From assembly GCA_963706595.1 (NCBI GenBank), contig OY970166.1, positions 4,224,001 through 4,288,000 on the forward strand: 64,000 bases of DNA, given 5' to 3'. The notes under the pieces are model-generated. The model was not told where the DNA came from and ran no database searches. It saw nothing but the letters and a program-made list of their open reading frames with translations. Shown here one piece after another: positions 28,806 through 38,906 of the stretch (its first letter is position 1; the number at the start of each line of letters is the position of its first letter). This stretch comes from an uncultured cyanobacterium (GTDB taxonomy: Bacteria > Cyanobacteriota > Cyanobacteriia > Cyanobacteriales > Nostocaceae). Position numbers and translations under genes: made by a program.

Positions 28806-29823
28806 GTGGGCATAGTAGTTGAGAATGTATCTAAAAATTTCGGGAGCTTTCAAGCGGTTGATGAGGTTGATCTCGAAATCAAGAGTGGTTCACTGGTGGC
28901 CTTATTGGGGCCATCAGGATCTGGTAAATCCACTTTGCTACGGTTAATTGCGGGGTTGGAAATGCCAGATAGGGGCAAAATCTTGCTGACTGGTAAGGAT
29001 GCTACATATCAAAGTGTGCAAGAGCGAAATATTGGATTTGTGTTTCAGCACTATGCCCTGTTTAAACATTTGAATGTGCGCCAGAATATTGGTTTTGGTT
29101 TAGAAATTCGTAAAGCACCAGCGAAAAAGATTAAGGGCCAGGGTAGATCAATTGCTAGAATTAATCCAATTGACTGGATTAGGCGATCGCTATCCATCCC
29201 AACTTTCCGGGGGTCAAAGACAAAGAGTAGCATTAGCCAGGGCGCTGGCTGTAGAACCTAAAGTATTATTACTAGATGAACCATTTGGCGCACTTGATGC
29301 TAAAGTCCGCAAGGATTTGCGGGCTTGGTTACGCCGCCTCCATGATGAGGTTCATGTTACCACTGTTTTCGTTACCCACGACCAAGAAGAAGCGATGGAA
29401 GTTGCCGACGAAGTAGTGGTGATGAATAAAGGGCGGGTAGAACAGGTGGGAACACCAGCCGAAATTTACGACAATCCCGCAACGGCATTTGTGATGAGCT
29501 TCATTGGCCCGGTAAATGTCTTATCCAACACCTCAAAGATTTTCCAAAGTAGCGGCTTTGATTCGCCAAATAGTCAAGTATTTTTACGTCCCCAAGATGT
29601 GCAGATTGAAAGACAGGCTAATGGGACTACTGCACCAGCTACAGTGACGCGGTTAATACATTTGGGCTGGGAAATTCAGCTAGAATTAACTTTAGATGAT
29701 GGGCAAGTGGTAGCAGCGCATTTAACACGCGATCGCTTTAATGAGTTACAGTTAGAACCGCAAGACCGGGTGTATGTGAAGCCCAAAGATGCGAGGTCTT
29801 TTCCCCTGTACTATTCAATTTAA
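28806..29823 (+). CDS. cysA: Sulfate ABC transporter ATP-binding protein with TOBE domain; +1 frameshift at 29135-29137 as sequenced
   Basis: [29 protein letters not shown] split over two frames; deleting one G restores [15 protein letters not shown], 338 aa. Confidence 0.9.
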
Positions 29824-29844
29824 ATGCAGTATAGAGATACTTTG

Positions 29845-29878
29845 AAAACCCCAATTTCTTGAAGAAATTGGGGTTTTT
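29845..29878 (+). terminator. Intrinsic terminator after cysA
   Basis: AAAACCCCAATTTCTT-g-AAGAAATTGGGGTTTTT. Confidence 0.75.
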
Positions 29879-31313
29879 GAGTTTGAAGAATTACTGAGTA
29901 TGGCTATAAAAAAGTGCTGAGTGCTGTCAAGCCCTGCGGGCATAGAGCTAGGTGCTAAGTGCCGAGTATAAACCCAATCGCTGGACTTTTAAGACAACCG
30001 CTACAGATGGGTTTATTTTTTCAATTGGTAGTGCTTAAAACATCAATTTTACGACTTTCCTCGAATTAGATAACTTAGTCGCTCAATGCTGCAAATGTTT
30101 TTTGTTTCACACCAAGGTAGGTAGCCTCTGGGGCGGCTTAGACGACGTTTCCCAAGCTAGGTAGCGCCAAGGAATAAATACAGAAAACCAGAGTATGGAT
30201 TAAATACATGAAAACTACTGTAAAACTCAAAAATCAAGTTATTTTTTTACATAAATATTCTCAGTTCTAAGTGTATACATATAAAACGCAGATTTGCAGA
30301 TAAATTTACAGCCTGGAAGTGAGAAATTTTTCTACACTATATTTTCATTGTTTATTCCTGATAGTATTGTCACCCCCTGTAAAAATAATAAATTACATAA
30401 GTCAGATAACAGGCTGAATTTAAAAGATACATGAAGACAATACTAATCACCAAACAAGTTTTTTGTTATTCAATATATGCCAAAAAACTTTAGAGAACCT
30501 CAAAAATGCAAATAGACAGCCTTTTACAGAGTATTAGCGTGACTAAGCTCAAGGATCTTGAGAAAGATATTTTGTAATTTAAAAGACAAGAAAGTAATGG
30601 TTATTACTCTAGTATTAGTAGCTGTGAAATGCCTTCTTAGATGACTAAAGCTCATGTATTTATAGGAAAAAGCCGATGTTAGCCATATTTCATTCTTGAT
30701 TGTTAATGTACTAGAAAGCACAAAATGTAATTAGCATCACTACTGTTAATAATGTCAATTTTTTACCTAGTTCAAGAAGTTAATCCGATATTTTTAGCTG
30801 GGAGGAGAATAAAAGAGGTATTGCATCTAATACCAGACAATACAGTATAAAAAAAGCCCTTTTAAGCAATAGTCAAAATTCACAAATAGCAACTGATGGA
30901 GGATAATGCTCTAACAGATGGAGAGTAAAATTTAAAACTATGTGGTCAAGAATTATTTGTCATTGACTATGAATATTTTGGTACATACCGAGTGTAATTG
31001 TAGAGCCACTACATTACAAAAGTCGCCAAAATTGTAGGCGGTTGGTACAGATAAAACCTTGTAACTTAGACTTTGAACTAATTTCCCTCTGGTTTTGGGC
31101 TTAATACCTCAAAAACTCATGGCTCAGTGCAGTGGTTTAATTGATTACCTTAGTAATCTCTGAAAACTTAATTTTTGGGAGCAATAAATTTGCCCAAAAA
31201 CCCTGAAAACACAACAAAATGAATGTTAATTTTCACCAGATCAGTTTGATCTAAATATTGGTATCAAAATTTTAGTAATATTTAGCACCTGAAACCCAAA
31301 TAGAGGAAAAAAG

Positions 31314-31991
31314 ATGAAGATAATTGCTCACTTGGCTAGCGCATTAATTCTACAAATCTTGGCATTGGCTGCAATGTCTCATATTTCCCCGCAGGAGGCG
31401 ATCGCTGCTCCTCAACAGCAAACAACCCAGAGAATTTGCTCTTTAGATCCAGTTGCAGATTTATTACCGCCACCACCAAGTAAACAAAGTAATTCTTTAC
31501 TGGCTTATCTGACTCAAGAAGGTTTTATCCAAACTGAAGAAGGTGCTTGGGTATGTTATGTGAATGACCCCAAAAAACCGGAGCGATTCTATACCCTGTT
31601 TAAGGTTCAGGAGGTTGATGGCAAGCTGGTAGGAAGTTCTTTTTTAGAGAATGAAAATTTAATTGCTGAACAAGAAAGTCGGACTGTTGACTTTTTCATG
31701 ACCCTGGTTAAGCATCATACGAATACCAGTCTAGAGAACCGTCAAAGTGTACAGAGGTATTTAGAAAGTTTCGTTTCCCTGGTGAAGGAAAAGAAGATAG
31801 AAGCTTCGAGCCGTGGGTTTCTTTTTGACCAACCCAACCGAGCCTTAGTTCTGTACCACGCCATCTCTACAGGAGAACTCAAAGGTACGGCAATCACAAT
31901 TAATATTCAATCACCTCATAACTTGAGTGCTGAATCTGTGAGCAGTGGAATAAAAACATCTTTGAGGGAGAGGTTAAAACGTAATCGCTAA
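31314..31991 (+). CDS. Hypothetical exported protein
   Basis: AGAGGA RBS; signal-peptide-like N-terminus ending AIA-A. Confidence 0.8.
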   Translation: MKIIAHLASALILQILALAAMSHISPQEAIAAPQQQTTQRICSLDPVADLLPPPPSKQSNSLLAYLTQEGFIQTEEGAWVCYVNDPKKPERFYTLFKVQEVDGKLVGSSFLENENLIAEQESRTVDFFMTLVKHHTNTSLENRQSVQRYLESFVSLVKEKKIEASSRGFLFDQPNRALVLYHAISTGELKGTAITINIQSPHNLSAESVSSGIKTSLRERLKRNR

Positions 31992-32040
31992 ATGATCCCG
32001 AATTTTTAATAGCGTTTGTGTGGTTTATTTGAGGTGTCTA

Positions 32041-33276
32041 ATGTTGAAATCAACTTTTAAAAGTATCACAATCATATTTTCGTCTTTGGCAGTGGTGTTA
32101 ACAGTCTGTGAGTCAGCTACTGCTCAGTTACGCATCAACCAGAGTAATTCTATCCCACGAGGACAAGAGTCGGAACTTTTAGAGTTTCAGCGTCAAAATA
32201 ATCAGCAAATGCGCCAGATGCGGGTGATGCCTAGCTGTCTGTTGGGATCTGGTCTGGGCTGCAACAAAACTGGCACAGTCGTTGAAAAGATGATTAATCA
32301 GTTTAATGGCACTAACTACCAAGATATGTTGATGCGAGCAGCTGGTGGTGAAGATAACTACCGTAAGTTTGCAGCTTTTTACGAAAATAATCCTCGGCTA
32401 AAGAATGTTCCCTATGCCTCATTTTGGAGGAATGATGATGCCTCTATTCTCGATGGACATCAATACGCTCTTGGAAACTCTGTTAGTCGCAATCCTTTAT
32501 CAGGACTCAAAGCTGTCACGAATAACTTTGCTTGGTCTCCGTTATCGAGAGGCACAGAAATCAGTCCTCGTGATGGTTTGCTGAATTTGAAATACTCTTA
32601 CGGACGTGTTCTCTTTGAAGAAGTGGCAAAAATTCCCGACTTGGAACAGCAGGTGAGGTCTTTGGATTTGTCCACAGAGATGACCCAATTTTATGTGAAT
32701 AATATTTCTCAAGGGTTACGGGCATTAAATACTGGTGATGAGAGGGGACTCAAAGACAGCGTTTTAAAACTACTTTCCTTACCCTACAGGCCAGGCGGCT
32801 ATAGCAATGATGGTTGGTACAACCGTAAATTAGCCAACATTCCCGACACCTTGATTGAAGAGTCAGGGAAATCTCTCCCCGGAGATAGTTTTGAGAGCGA
32901 AAATCCAGTATTGGGGGGAGAAGACATGAGCATTGCCCTCAATGATCCCACCTTTGAGGAATATTTATTGCCGTCAGGAGGTTCTTTTCTACCTTATGCA
33001 GGCATCGCGCTGCTGCTTTTGCTGATGTTTATGGGAGGGAATGGTGGCTCAAGTCAGCCAGCTAGTTTTGTCGAAGTTCCCTCTGATGTGATCCCCAGCG
33101 ATGTTACTCCCGGTGACAACGATTCTGCTAATGAGCTTGAATTGACAGGCGATATTGATGTTCTAGCACCACAGCAACCCCAAGTTAAGACGGTAGCAGA
33201 GCCGTCAACTCTCTCAGCCTTACTAGTGTTAATGCTGACGGTTTATATACTCAATTACAAACAAAGGTTTATCTAA
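32041..33276 (+). CDS. Exported protein with PEP-CTERM-like sorting signal
   Basis: Signal peptide (ATA-Q); C-terminal VAEPSTLSALLVLMLTVYILNYKQRFI; GAGG RBS before ATG 32041. Confidence 0.75.
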   Translation: MLKSTFKSITIIFSSLAVVLTVCESATAQLRINQSNSIPRGQESELLEFQRQNNQQMRQMRVMPSCLLGSGLGCNKTGTVVEKMINQFNGTNYQDMLMRAAGGEDNYRKFAAFYENNPRLKNVPYASFWRNDDASILDGHQYALGNSVSRNPLSGLKAVTNNFAWSPLSRGTEISPRDGLLNLKYSYGRVLFEEVAKIPDLEQQVRSLDLSTEMTQFYVNNISQGLRALNTGDERGLKDSVLKLLSLPYRPGGYSNDGWYNRKLANIPDTLIEESGKSLPGDSFESENPVLGGEDMSIALNDPTFEEYLLPSGGSFLPYAGIALLLLLMFMGGNGGSSQPASFVEVPSDVIPSDVTPGDNDSANELELTGDIDVLAPQQPQVKTVAEPSTLSALLVLMLTVYILNYKQRFI

Positions 33277-33301
33277 ATACTTAAGCGATCGCGCCAATAA
33301 A

Positions 33302-33338
33302 AAATCCCTCGATTAGTCATCGAGGGATTTCTATTTTT
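33302..33338 (+). terminator. Intrinsic terminator
   Basis: AAATCCCTCGAT-tagtc-ATCGAGGGATTT followed by a T-rich tail. Confidence 0.75.
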
Positions 33339-33436
33339 AGTACTTTGCACATGAAATGTATCCCACAGAAATAGTGTATCTATCCTTTTGAAATTATGTG
33401 TGCCAAAATGCCAATTTAACGCGACTCATTCAATCC

Positions 33437-34156
33437 ATGACGGCTCTTAATCATTTGTGGCTACCTGTACCGAAAAGTTTGACTTTATTACCAAATGATG
33501 TACATATCTGGCGGATTAACCTTGATGTCCCAGAAGCACAGCGACAAAATTTGCTAGCAACCCTATCGGGTGACGAAGTTTCTCGTGCTAACCGCTTCCA
33601 TTTTCCGGAGCATCAGCAGCGTTTTATTGCGGGGCGCGGTATCCTCCGGAGTATATTGGCTAGCTACTTGGGTATTGAGCCGCAACAAGTCCTGTTTGAC
33701 TATCAAGAGCGTGGTAAACCAGTGTTAGCGGCTACTTTAGCTAGCAGTGGCTTATGGTTTAATTTGTCTCATTCCCAGGGGTTAGCGCTGTGTGCAGTCA
33801 ATTATCACAGTCAAATTGGCATAGATTTAGAGTATATGCGCCCAATGTCGGATGTGGAAGCCCTTGCCAAAAGGTTCTTTTTGCCGAGAGAATATGAGGT
33901 AGTGCGATCGCTATCTTCTGACCAACAGCAAGAAATATTTTTCCGTTATTGGACTTGTAAGGAAGCTTATTTAAAAGCCACTGGAGAAGGACTAGCTCAG
34001 TTAGAGCAAATTGAAATATTACTCAGTTCCACAGCACCAGCCCAGTTACAGACATCTAAAAATTGGAGTCTATTTGAGCTAACGCCTGCTAAGAATTATC
34101 TTGCTGCTGTGGTTGTGGCGGCTTCAGGTTGTCATTTGAAGTTTTGGCAATACTGA
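33437..34156 (+). CDS. hetI: 4'-phosphopantetheinyl transferase HetI
   Basis: FNLSHS, IGIDLE, WTCKEAYLKATG; convergent with the hetN-like gene. Confidence 0.93.
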   Translation: MTALNHLWLPVPKSLTLLPNDVHIWRINLDVPEAQRQNLLATLSGDEVSRANRFHFPEHQQRFIAGRGILRSILASYLGIEPQQVLFDYQERGKPVLAATLASSGLWFNLSHSQGLALCAVNYHSQIGIDLEYMRPMSDVEALAKRFFLPREYEVVRSLSSDQQQEIFFRYWTCKEAYLKATGEGLAQLEQIEILLSSTAPAQLQTSKNWSLFELTPAKNYLAAVVVAASGCHLKFWQY

Positions 34157-34960
34157 TTAGTTATCTTCTTGCATATTTCTCACAATCTTTGTCACTAGCC
34201 TTCTGGGGGTAAAGCTGACACTTTTGGCGAGAATTTGATTGATTAAACCAGGAATGACAATGGTTTGACCTTTCATTAAGGCCGCATAGCCAATTTTAGC
34301 AACCGTTGCGGCATCCATCATCCTTTTCCCCTTCAGCAGTTTAGAATCTGCCATCCCCGTTCGTTGATGAAAGGCAGATGCGGTTGAGCCTGGGCAGAGT
34401 ACCGTCACCGTCACACCTGTACCTTCTAATTCATTAGCGATCGCCTCAGAAAATGATAAAATGTAACCCTTGGTAGCAAAATAGACCGCCATCAACGGGC
34501 CAGGTTGAAAAGCTGCCGCCGAAGAAACGTTTAATATCTTGCCATAGCCTTGCTTGACCATATCCTTCAGAAATAGCTTAGTTAAATGGGTCAAACACAC
34601 CACATTTAGTTGCAGCATTTCCAACTCAGATGTTAAATCTGTTTCGTTAAACAATCCATAAATCCCAAATCCGGCATTATTCACCAGCACATCAACATGA
34701 ATGTTTGCAGCTTGCAACTCCGTGAAAATTTCTTGGGGAGATGTGGATATAGATAAATCCTTGACAATAGTTGTCACAAAATTGCCAAATTCTGCGTGAA
34801 ATTTAAGCGCAATTTCTTGGAGTTTTACCCCAATTCGATCTACCAATACTAAATTGTAATTATTAGCAGCAAAGATATATGCTAGTTCGTAGCCAATACC
34901 ACCCGCCGCCCCAGTAATCAGAGCAGTTTGTTTGTGTTGAACTTGGTTTATTGTATTCAT
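34157..34960 (-). CDS. hetN: SDR ketoacyl reductase at the hetN position (lacks RGSGR)
   Basis: TGAAGGIG, NNAG, YFATK; synteny hglB-SDR-hetI. Confidence 0.75.
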   Translation of the reverse strand: MNTINQVQHKQTALITGAAGGIGYELAYIFAANNYNLVLVDRIGVKLQEIALKFHAEFGNFVTTIVKDLSISTSPQEIFTELQAANIHVDVLVNNAGFGIYGLFNETDLTSELEMLQLNVVCLTHLTKLFLKDMVKQGYGKILNVSSAAAFQPGPLMAVYFATKGYILSFSEAIANELEGTGVTVTVLCPGSTASAFHQRTGMADSKLLKGKRMMDAATVAKIGYAALMKGQTIVIPGLINQILAKSVSFTPRRLVTKIVRNMQEDN

Positions 34961-35382
34961 ATTAGAAGATTGGTGAATTCAATTTGCTCGATCTGCCTGA
35001 AATTGAAAGTGGCTTTCCGTGATGTCCAATTTAATAATTGTGCTTGCAACTACTAACATTATTACAGTTCCTTATCCTTTGAACTGCTTGCGTGACCAGA
35101 TGTCAATATAGTGAAAAGTTCATCAAGGTCTTTCACTTTGTACAAAATCCTAACAAACACGATTCGTATATATTTAATTGTTATGATTTCCAAATAAAAA
35201 AATACTCAATCATCCATATCATAGCCCCCTCCTCGCAAGCGAGGAGGGGGTTGGGGGTGGGTTTCTTGTATCTCACTCAACTGAGAACCGCCATAACACT
35301 CATAGCAAAAGCTTCTCAAAACCTTACAAGTAAGTTAACGGGAATAAATCTAATTAAATTTCAATATCTCTTATCAAAATAA

Positions 35383-35412
35383 AGTAGAGACGTTTAATCA
35401 AACGTCTCTACT
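35383..35412. repeat. GTAG-type palindrome downstream of hglB (possible terminator)
   Basis: AGTAGAGACGTTT-aatc-AAACGTCTCTACT. Confidence 0.7.
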
Positions 35413-35469
35413 CTTACTTACTATCTGTTAGTATTGGGTCAATTTGATGTTTATTGACCAGAGAAGAAA

Positions 35470-36963
35470 TTAGGCTAGAGTTAAGAAGCCAGTCTGAATC
35501 AAATAGGAAGTGTAAGTCATCAATAATTGAGAATCAATTGGTGGACAAACAATAGAACTACCTGCGAGCGCTTTCAGAGTTTGCTGACAGCTAATAGTTG
35601 GTCTTCTCGCTTGCAGATACAAATCAGGAATAGTCAATTGTTCATCAGACCAACGTTCTAGTAAGAAAGGACGCAAGGTATATAAAGGATTCTCGACAGA
35701 AGAGACATTATTGATTAACTCTGATTGCCATTGTTCGTAGGGAATCATCTCTACAGGATAACCAAAAGACCGCACCCATTCAACTAAATCTTTTAAAGAA
35801 ATTGGTTGCGGATGTTGTAAATGGAAAGCCTTACCAATAGATTGTTTTTGTCTGGATAAGTAAACAACGGCTTTACTTACATAGTCCACAGGGGACATAT
35901 CTAACATATAATCTACATCAGGGAAGCTTCCCATTTGTAAACAGCCTTTAGTCATTAAATTGATAAAATCATGGGTATTACAAATACCTGTTTTGCTATC
36001 CCCTGAAATTAATGGCGGTCTGTGAATAGTTACAGGTAAACCTCGCTCACGGGCAACTTTAACTAATTTTTCTGCCACCCATTTAGTCTGAGAATAACCA
36101 AGGTAAATACCTTCCCAATGATTAAAGTCATCCTGTTCTTCTACGAGATGTCCAGCATAAGCAGTTGATTCAAAAACAGCGATACTGGAAACGTAATGCA
36201 CAGGCTTGACTTTAGTCTGACAAGCTAATCTCAAAATTTCTTGAGTACCTAAAACATTGGCTGTTTTTAGTGCTGAATAGGGATAAACATAATTCAGCAA
36301 AGCCGCACTGTGATAGATAGTATCAATATGGCTAGCTAAAATGTGAAACTGTTCAGAATCAATACCCAAAAGTGGTTGGGCTAAATCACCAACAATAGCA
36401 ATAATTCGAGAATTAAATTTCTCATCCCAAATTGCATACTGTTCTAAATTCTTTTGCAGTTTGCTTTTGCCTTCTTCTGTATTAGCAGCGCGGACTAAGC
36501 AATATATATCCGCATCGGTTTCTTGTAGTAGTTCCCTGATAATAAAAGCGCCTAAAAAACCAGTGCCGCCAGTTAAAAAGATATGCTTGGGTTCACCTGT
36601 AAATACACTCACTGCATTACTAGGATGAATAGTGGGGTCAAGCACAACTTCATCTGCCAGATTTACAACTGAAGTGTTAACTTGACCATCTTTCACCTCT
36701 AAACCTTCTTGTAATTCTTCAGCTAAACGCTGAGAAAGAGATGCAATATTTGGGTAATGCCATAGCAGAACCGGAGCAGGTTGAAAACCCAATAATTTTT
36801 CTAATTTGCTGACCAGAGTCATCGCTTGCGCGGAATCCAAACCATAGTTTTCTAAATTTTCGTTGATGTCTATCTCATCAGTTTCTAAACTGATTAACTC
36901 AGCCAGATTAGTCACCAGCCATGCTTGAATATCTGCGGCGCTATAAGTTTGTTTTAGAGTCAT
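35470..36963 (-). CDS. hglB: ACP + thioester reductase HglB (HetM)
   Basis: [11 protein letters not shown] motif; [13 protein letters not shown] reductase motifs. Confidence 0.93.
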   Translation of the reverse strand: MTLKQTYSAADIQAWLVTNLAELISLETDEIDINENLENYGLDSAQAMTLVSKLEKLLGFQPAPVLLWHYPNIASLSQRLAEELQEGLEVKDGQVNTSVVNLADEVVLDPTIHPSNAVSVFTGEPKHIFLTGGTGFLGAFIIRELLQETDADIYCLVRAANTEEGKSKLQKNLEQYAIWDEKFNSRIIAIVGDLAQPLLGIDSEQFHILASHIDTIYHSAALLNYVYPYSALKTANVLGTQEILRLACQTKVKPVHYVSSIAVFESTAYAGHLVEEQDDFNHWEGIYLGYSQTKWVAEKLVKVARERGLPVTIHRPPLISGDSKTGICNTHDFINLMTKGCLQMGSFPDVDYMLDMSPVDYVSKAVVYLSRQKQSIGKAFHLQHPQPISLKDLVEWVRSFGYPVEMIPYEQWQSELINNVSSVENPLYTLRPFLLERWSDEQLTIPDLYLQARRPTISCQQTLKALAGSSIVCPPIDSQLLMTYTSYLIQTGFLTLA

Positions 36964-36965
36964 TT

Positions 36966-38639
36966 TTACATCTCCAATAAACGAGAAAAATCTGGGCAAT
37001 ATTGACTGTAATCATCGGGGATTTGCATTCCTTGAATTTTCAAGCTTTGAATGCGATATAAAAATGCTGCTCCAGTCATGATGTGATGAGCAACATCAAC
37101 TACCCGACGATTATTTGGTTCAGCTAAATAAGAACCTCGCACCCAATCATTAAAACTACCCATTGCTGGGCCACACCAAATTTGATAATCGACTTCTCTA
37201 CCTTTTTCCCCAGAACTAGACCACCGAGAAGATAATCCTAAATACCAGCGAAAAATTAACGCCATTTTCAGCTTGGGATTATTAACTGCTTTGCCTAGTT
37301 TTTCGGGGTTTTTCTGGGATAAATAAGTTGCTGTTCCTTCCCAGACTTCAGCCAGAGTTTTGCGGAAAATTTGCTTTTCTAATTTCTGTCTTTCTGCTAG
37401 GGGAATTTCTTCAATTGAGTTATAGTTACGGTACAATTCATACAACTTTTGCGCCCGCATGGGGAACATTGTGCCGCGTTTGAGAACTTGCAGTTTCACA
37501 CCCATTTCAAACATATCGGCGGCTGGAGCCATAATCATATCCGCCATTTCAGCTTGAGCTAATAATTTTTTGGTATAATCACAAGCTCCAGATTCAATGC
37601 AGGACTGATTAATTGAGCCAGTCATAATGTAAGCCGCACCCATCATAAAAGCTGCTAAGGCTGATTCTGGTGTGGCAATTCCGCCAGCTACTCCAATTCT
37701 AATTGGTTGTTGATATTGAAATTGTTCTTGGATTTCATTCCGCAAACTAATAATAGAAGGTAATAAACAGACTAAAGGACGATTATCTGTATGTCCGCCA
37801 GAATCAGCTTCGACGGTGATATCATCAGCCATCGGCACTTTAGTTGCCAGTTTGGCTTGTAAATCAGTAATTAATCCTTGTTCCAGGAGTTCTTTTAATA
37901 TTCTGGCTGGTGCTGGTTGGAGAAATTTACTGGCTACTTCTCGACGGGAAACTTTGGCAATGACTTTGTTTTTAATTTCAATTTGATTGGCATCATTTAA
38001 ACTTAGTCCGGCAACACGGTAATAAACTATGTTGGGGGTTAAATCTAAAAATGCTGAAGCTTCTACGGTTCTTACTTGATATTTGAGATATAAGTTCACA
38101 GCACGGCGTTCAATTGCCATGTCGTTAGGGCTGTGAATTAAATTGAAGGCGTAGGGACCATGAGGTAAGGCTGATTGAATGCTTTTAATGGCTGTTTCTA
38201 AACGTTCTGGAGGTAAGCCACCTGCACCAAATGAACTCAAAATTTTGGCTTTTCCTAGTGCAATAACCATTTCTTCGGAGGCTATTCCGCCAGCCATTGC
38301 GCCAGTTACATAAGCATATTTTACGCCATGAGCAGCTAGGAAATTTGGATCTCCTAGTTGTTGTAGATTGATTGGGGGAATAACGGTGAGGAGTTCTGGT
38401 TGTGCTGTGGTGTTATTTTCTGAAGGGCATAAGTAGCCTTCGTTTGTGACACCAATTTTTCCGGCAATTTTGAGGATGTAGCAGGGTTTATCTAATGTTA
38501 ATAGTTTGTTTTTGATGGCTGATTCCTGGAAGGATATGCTATCTAATGCACCTTTCCAGGTGAGGTTTTGACTGTGGGGATTGGTGGGAAATTTTAGGCT
38601 ATTATTGTGTTGGTCTGGTAGTGTGTCTACGGGAATCAC
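36966..38639 (-). CDS. hglA: PfaD-family enoyl reductase HglA
   Basis: [37 protein letters not shown]. Confidence 0.93.
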   Translation of the reverse strand: MIPVDTLPDQHNNSLKFPTNPHSQNLTWKGALDSISFQESAIKNKLLTLDKPCYILKIAGKIGVTNEGYLCPSENNTTAQPELLTVIPPINLQQLGDPNFLAAHGVKYAYVTGAMAGGIASEEMVIALGKAKILSSFGAGGLPPERLETAIKSIQSALPHGPYAFNLIHSPNDMAIERRAVNLYLKYQVRTVEASAFLDLTPNIVYYRVAGLSLNDANQIEIKNKVIAKVSRREVASKFLQPAPARILKELLEQGLITDLQAKLATKVPMADDITVEADSGGHTDNRPLVCLLPSIISLRNEIQEQFQYQQPIRIGVAGGIATPESALAAFMMGAAYIMTGSINQSCIESGACDYTKKLLAQAEMADMIMAPAADMFEMGVKLQVLKRGTMFPMRAQKLYELYRNYNSIEEIPLAERQKLEKQIFRKTLAEVWEGTATYLSQKNPEKLGKAVNNPKLKMALIFRWYLGLSSRWSSSGEKGREVDYQIWCGPAMGSFNDWVRGSYLAEPNNRRVVDVAHHIMTGAAFLYRIQSLKIQGMQIPDDYSQYCPDFSRLLEM

Positions 38640-38676
38640 GGTGGTTATACCTCAATTTGTTAATGATGGGTTATTA

Positions 38677-38890
38677 ACGAACCGCCAAGTCGCCAAGTAC
38701 GCCAAGAAGAGAAGGAGAGATTTTTATTTGATAGTTAGCATGGCTGAATGAGAGTCGGGAGTTATGGAATAACGAACCGCAGAGGACACAGAGTACACAG
38801 AGGAATGAGAGTTTGAGAGGTTTTGTGCGTAAGTCCTAAACCGGATTTCTCATCTCTTACTCTCTGCGCCTCTGCGTCTTGGCGTGAGAC
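38677..38890. repeat. Cluster of AACGAACCGC(C/A)-type dispersed repeats; relatives at 43768-43796 and 45554-45714
   Basis: AACGAACCGCCAAGTCGCCAAG..., CTCTGCGCCTCTGCGTCTT. Confidence 0.7.
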
Positions 38891-38906
38891 TAATTCATGA
38901 TTTCAA

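Noticed and set aside
30524..30850. Short ORFs in the long intergenic region, checked as possible PatS/PatX-like peptides
   Set aside because: No RGSGR-like motif or other support seen.
35092..35382. 96-aa ORF between hetN-like and hglB (also 17514-17864 and 26397-26793)
   Set aside because: Built from dispersed-repeat DNA or antisense overlap.
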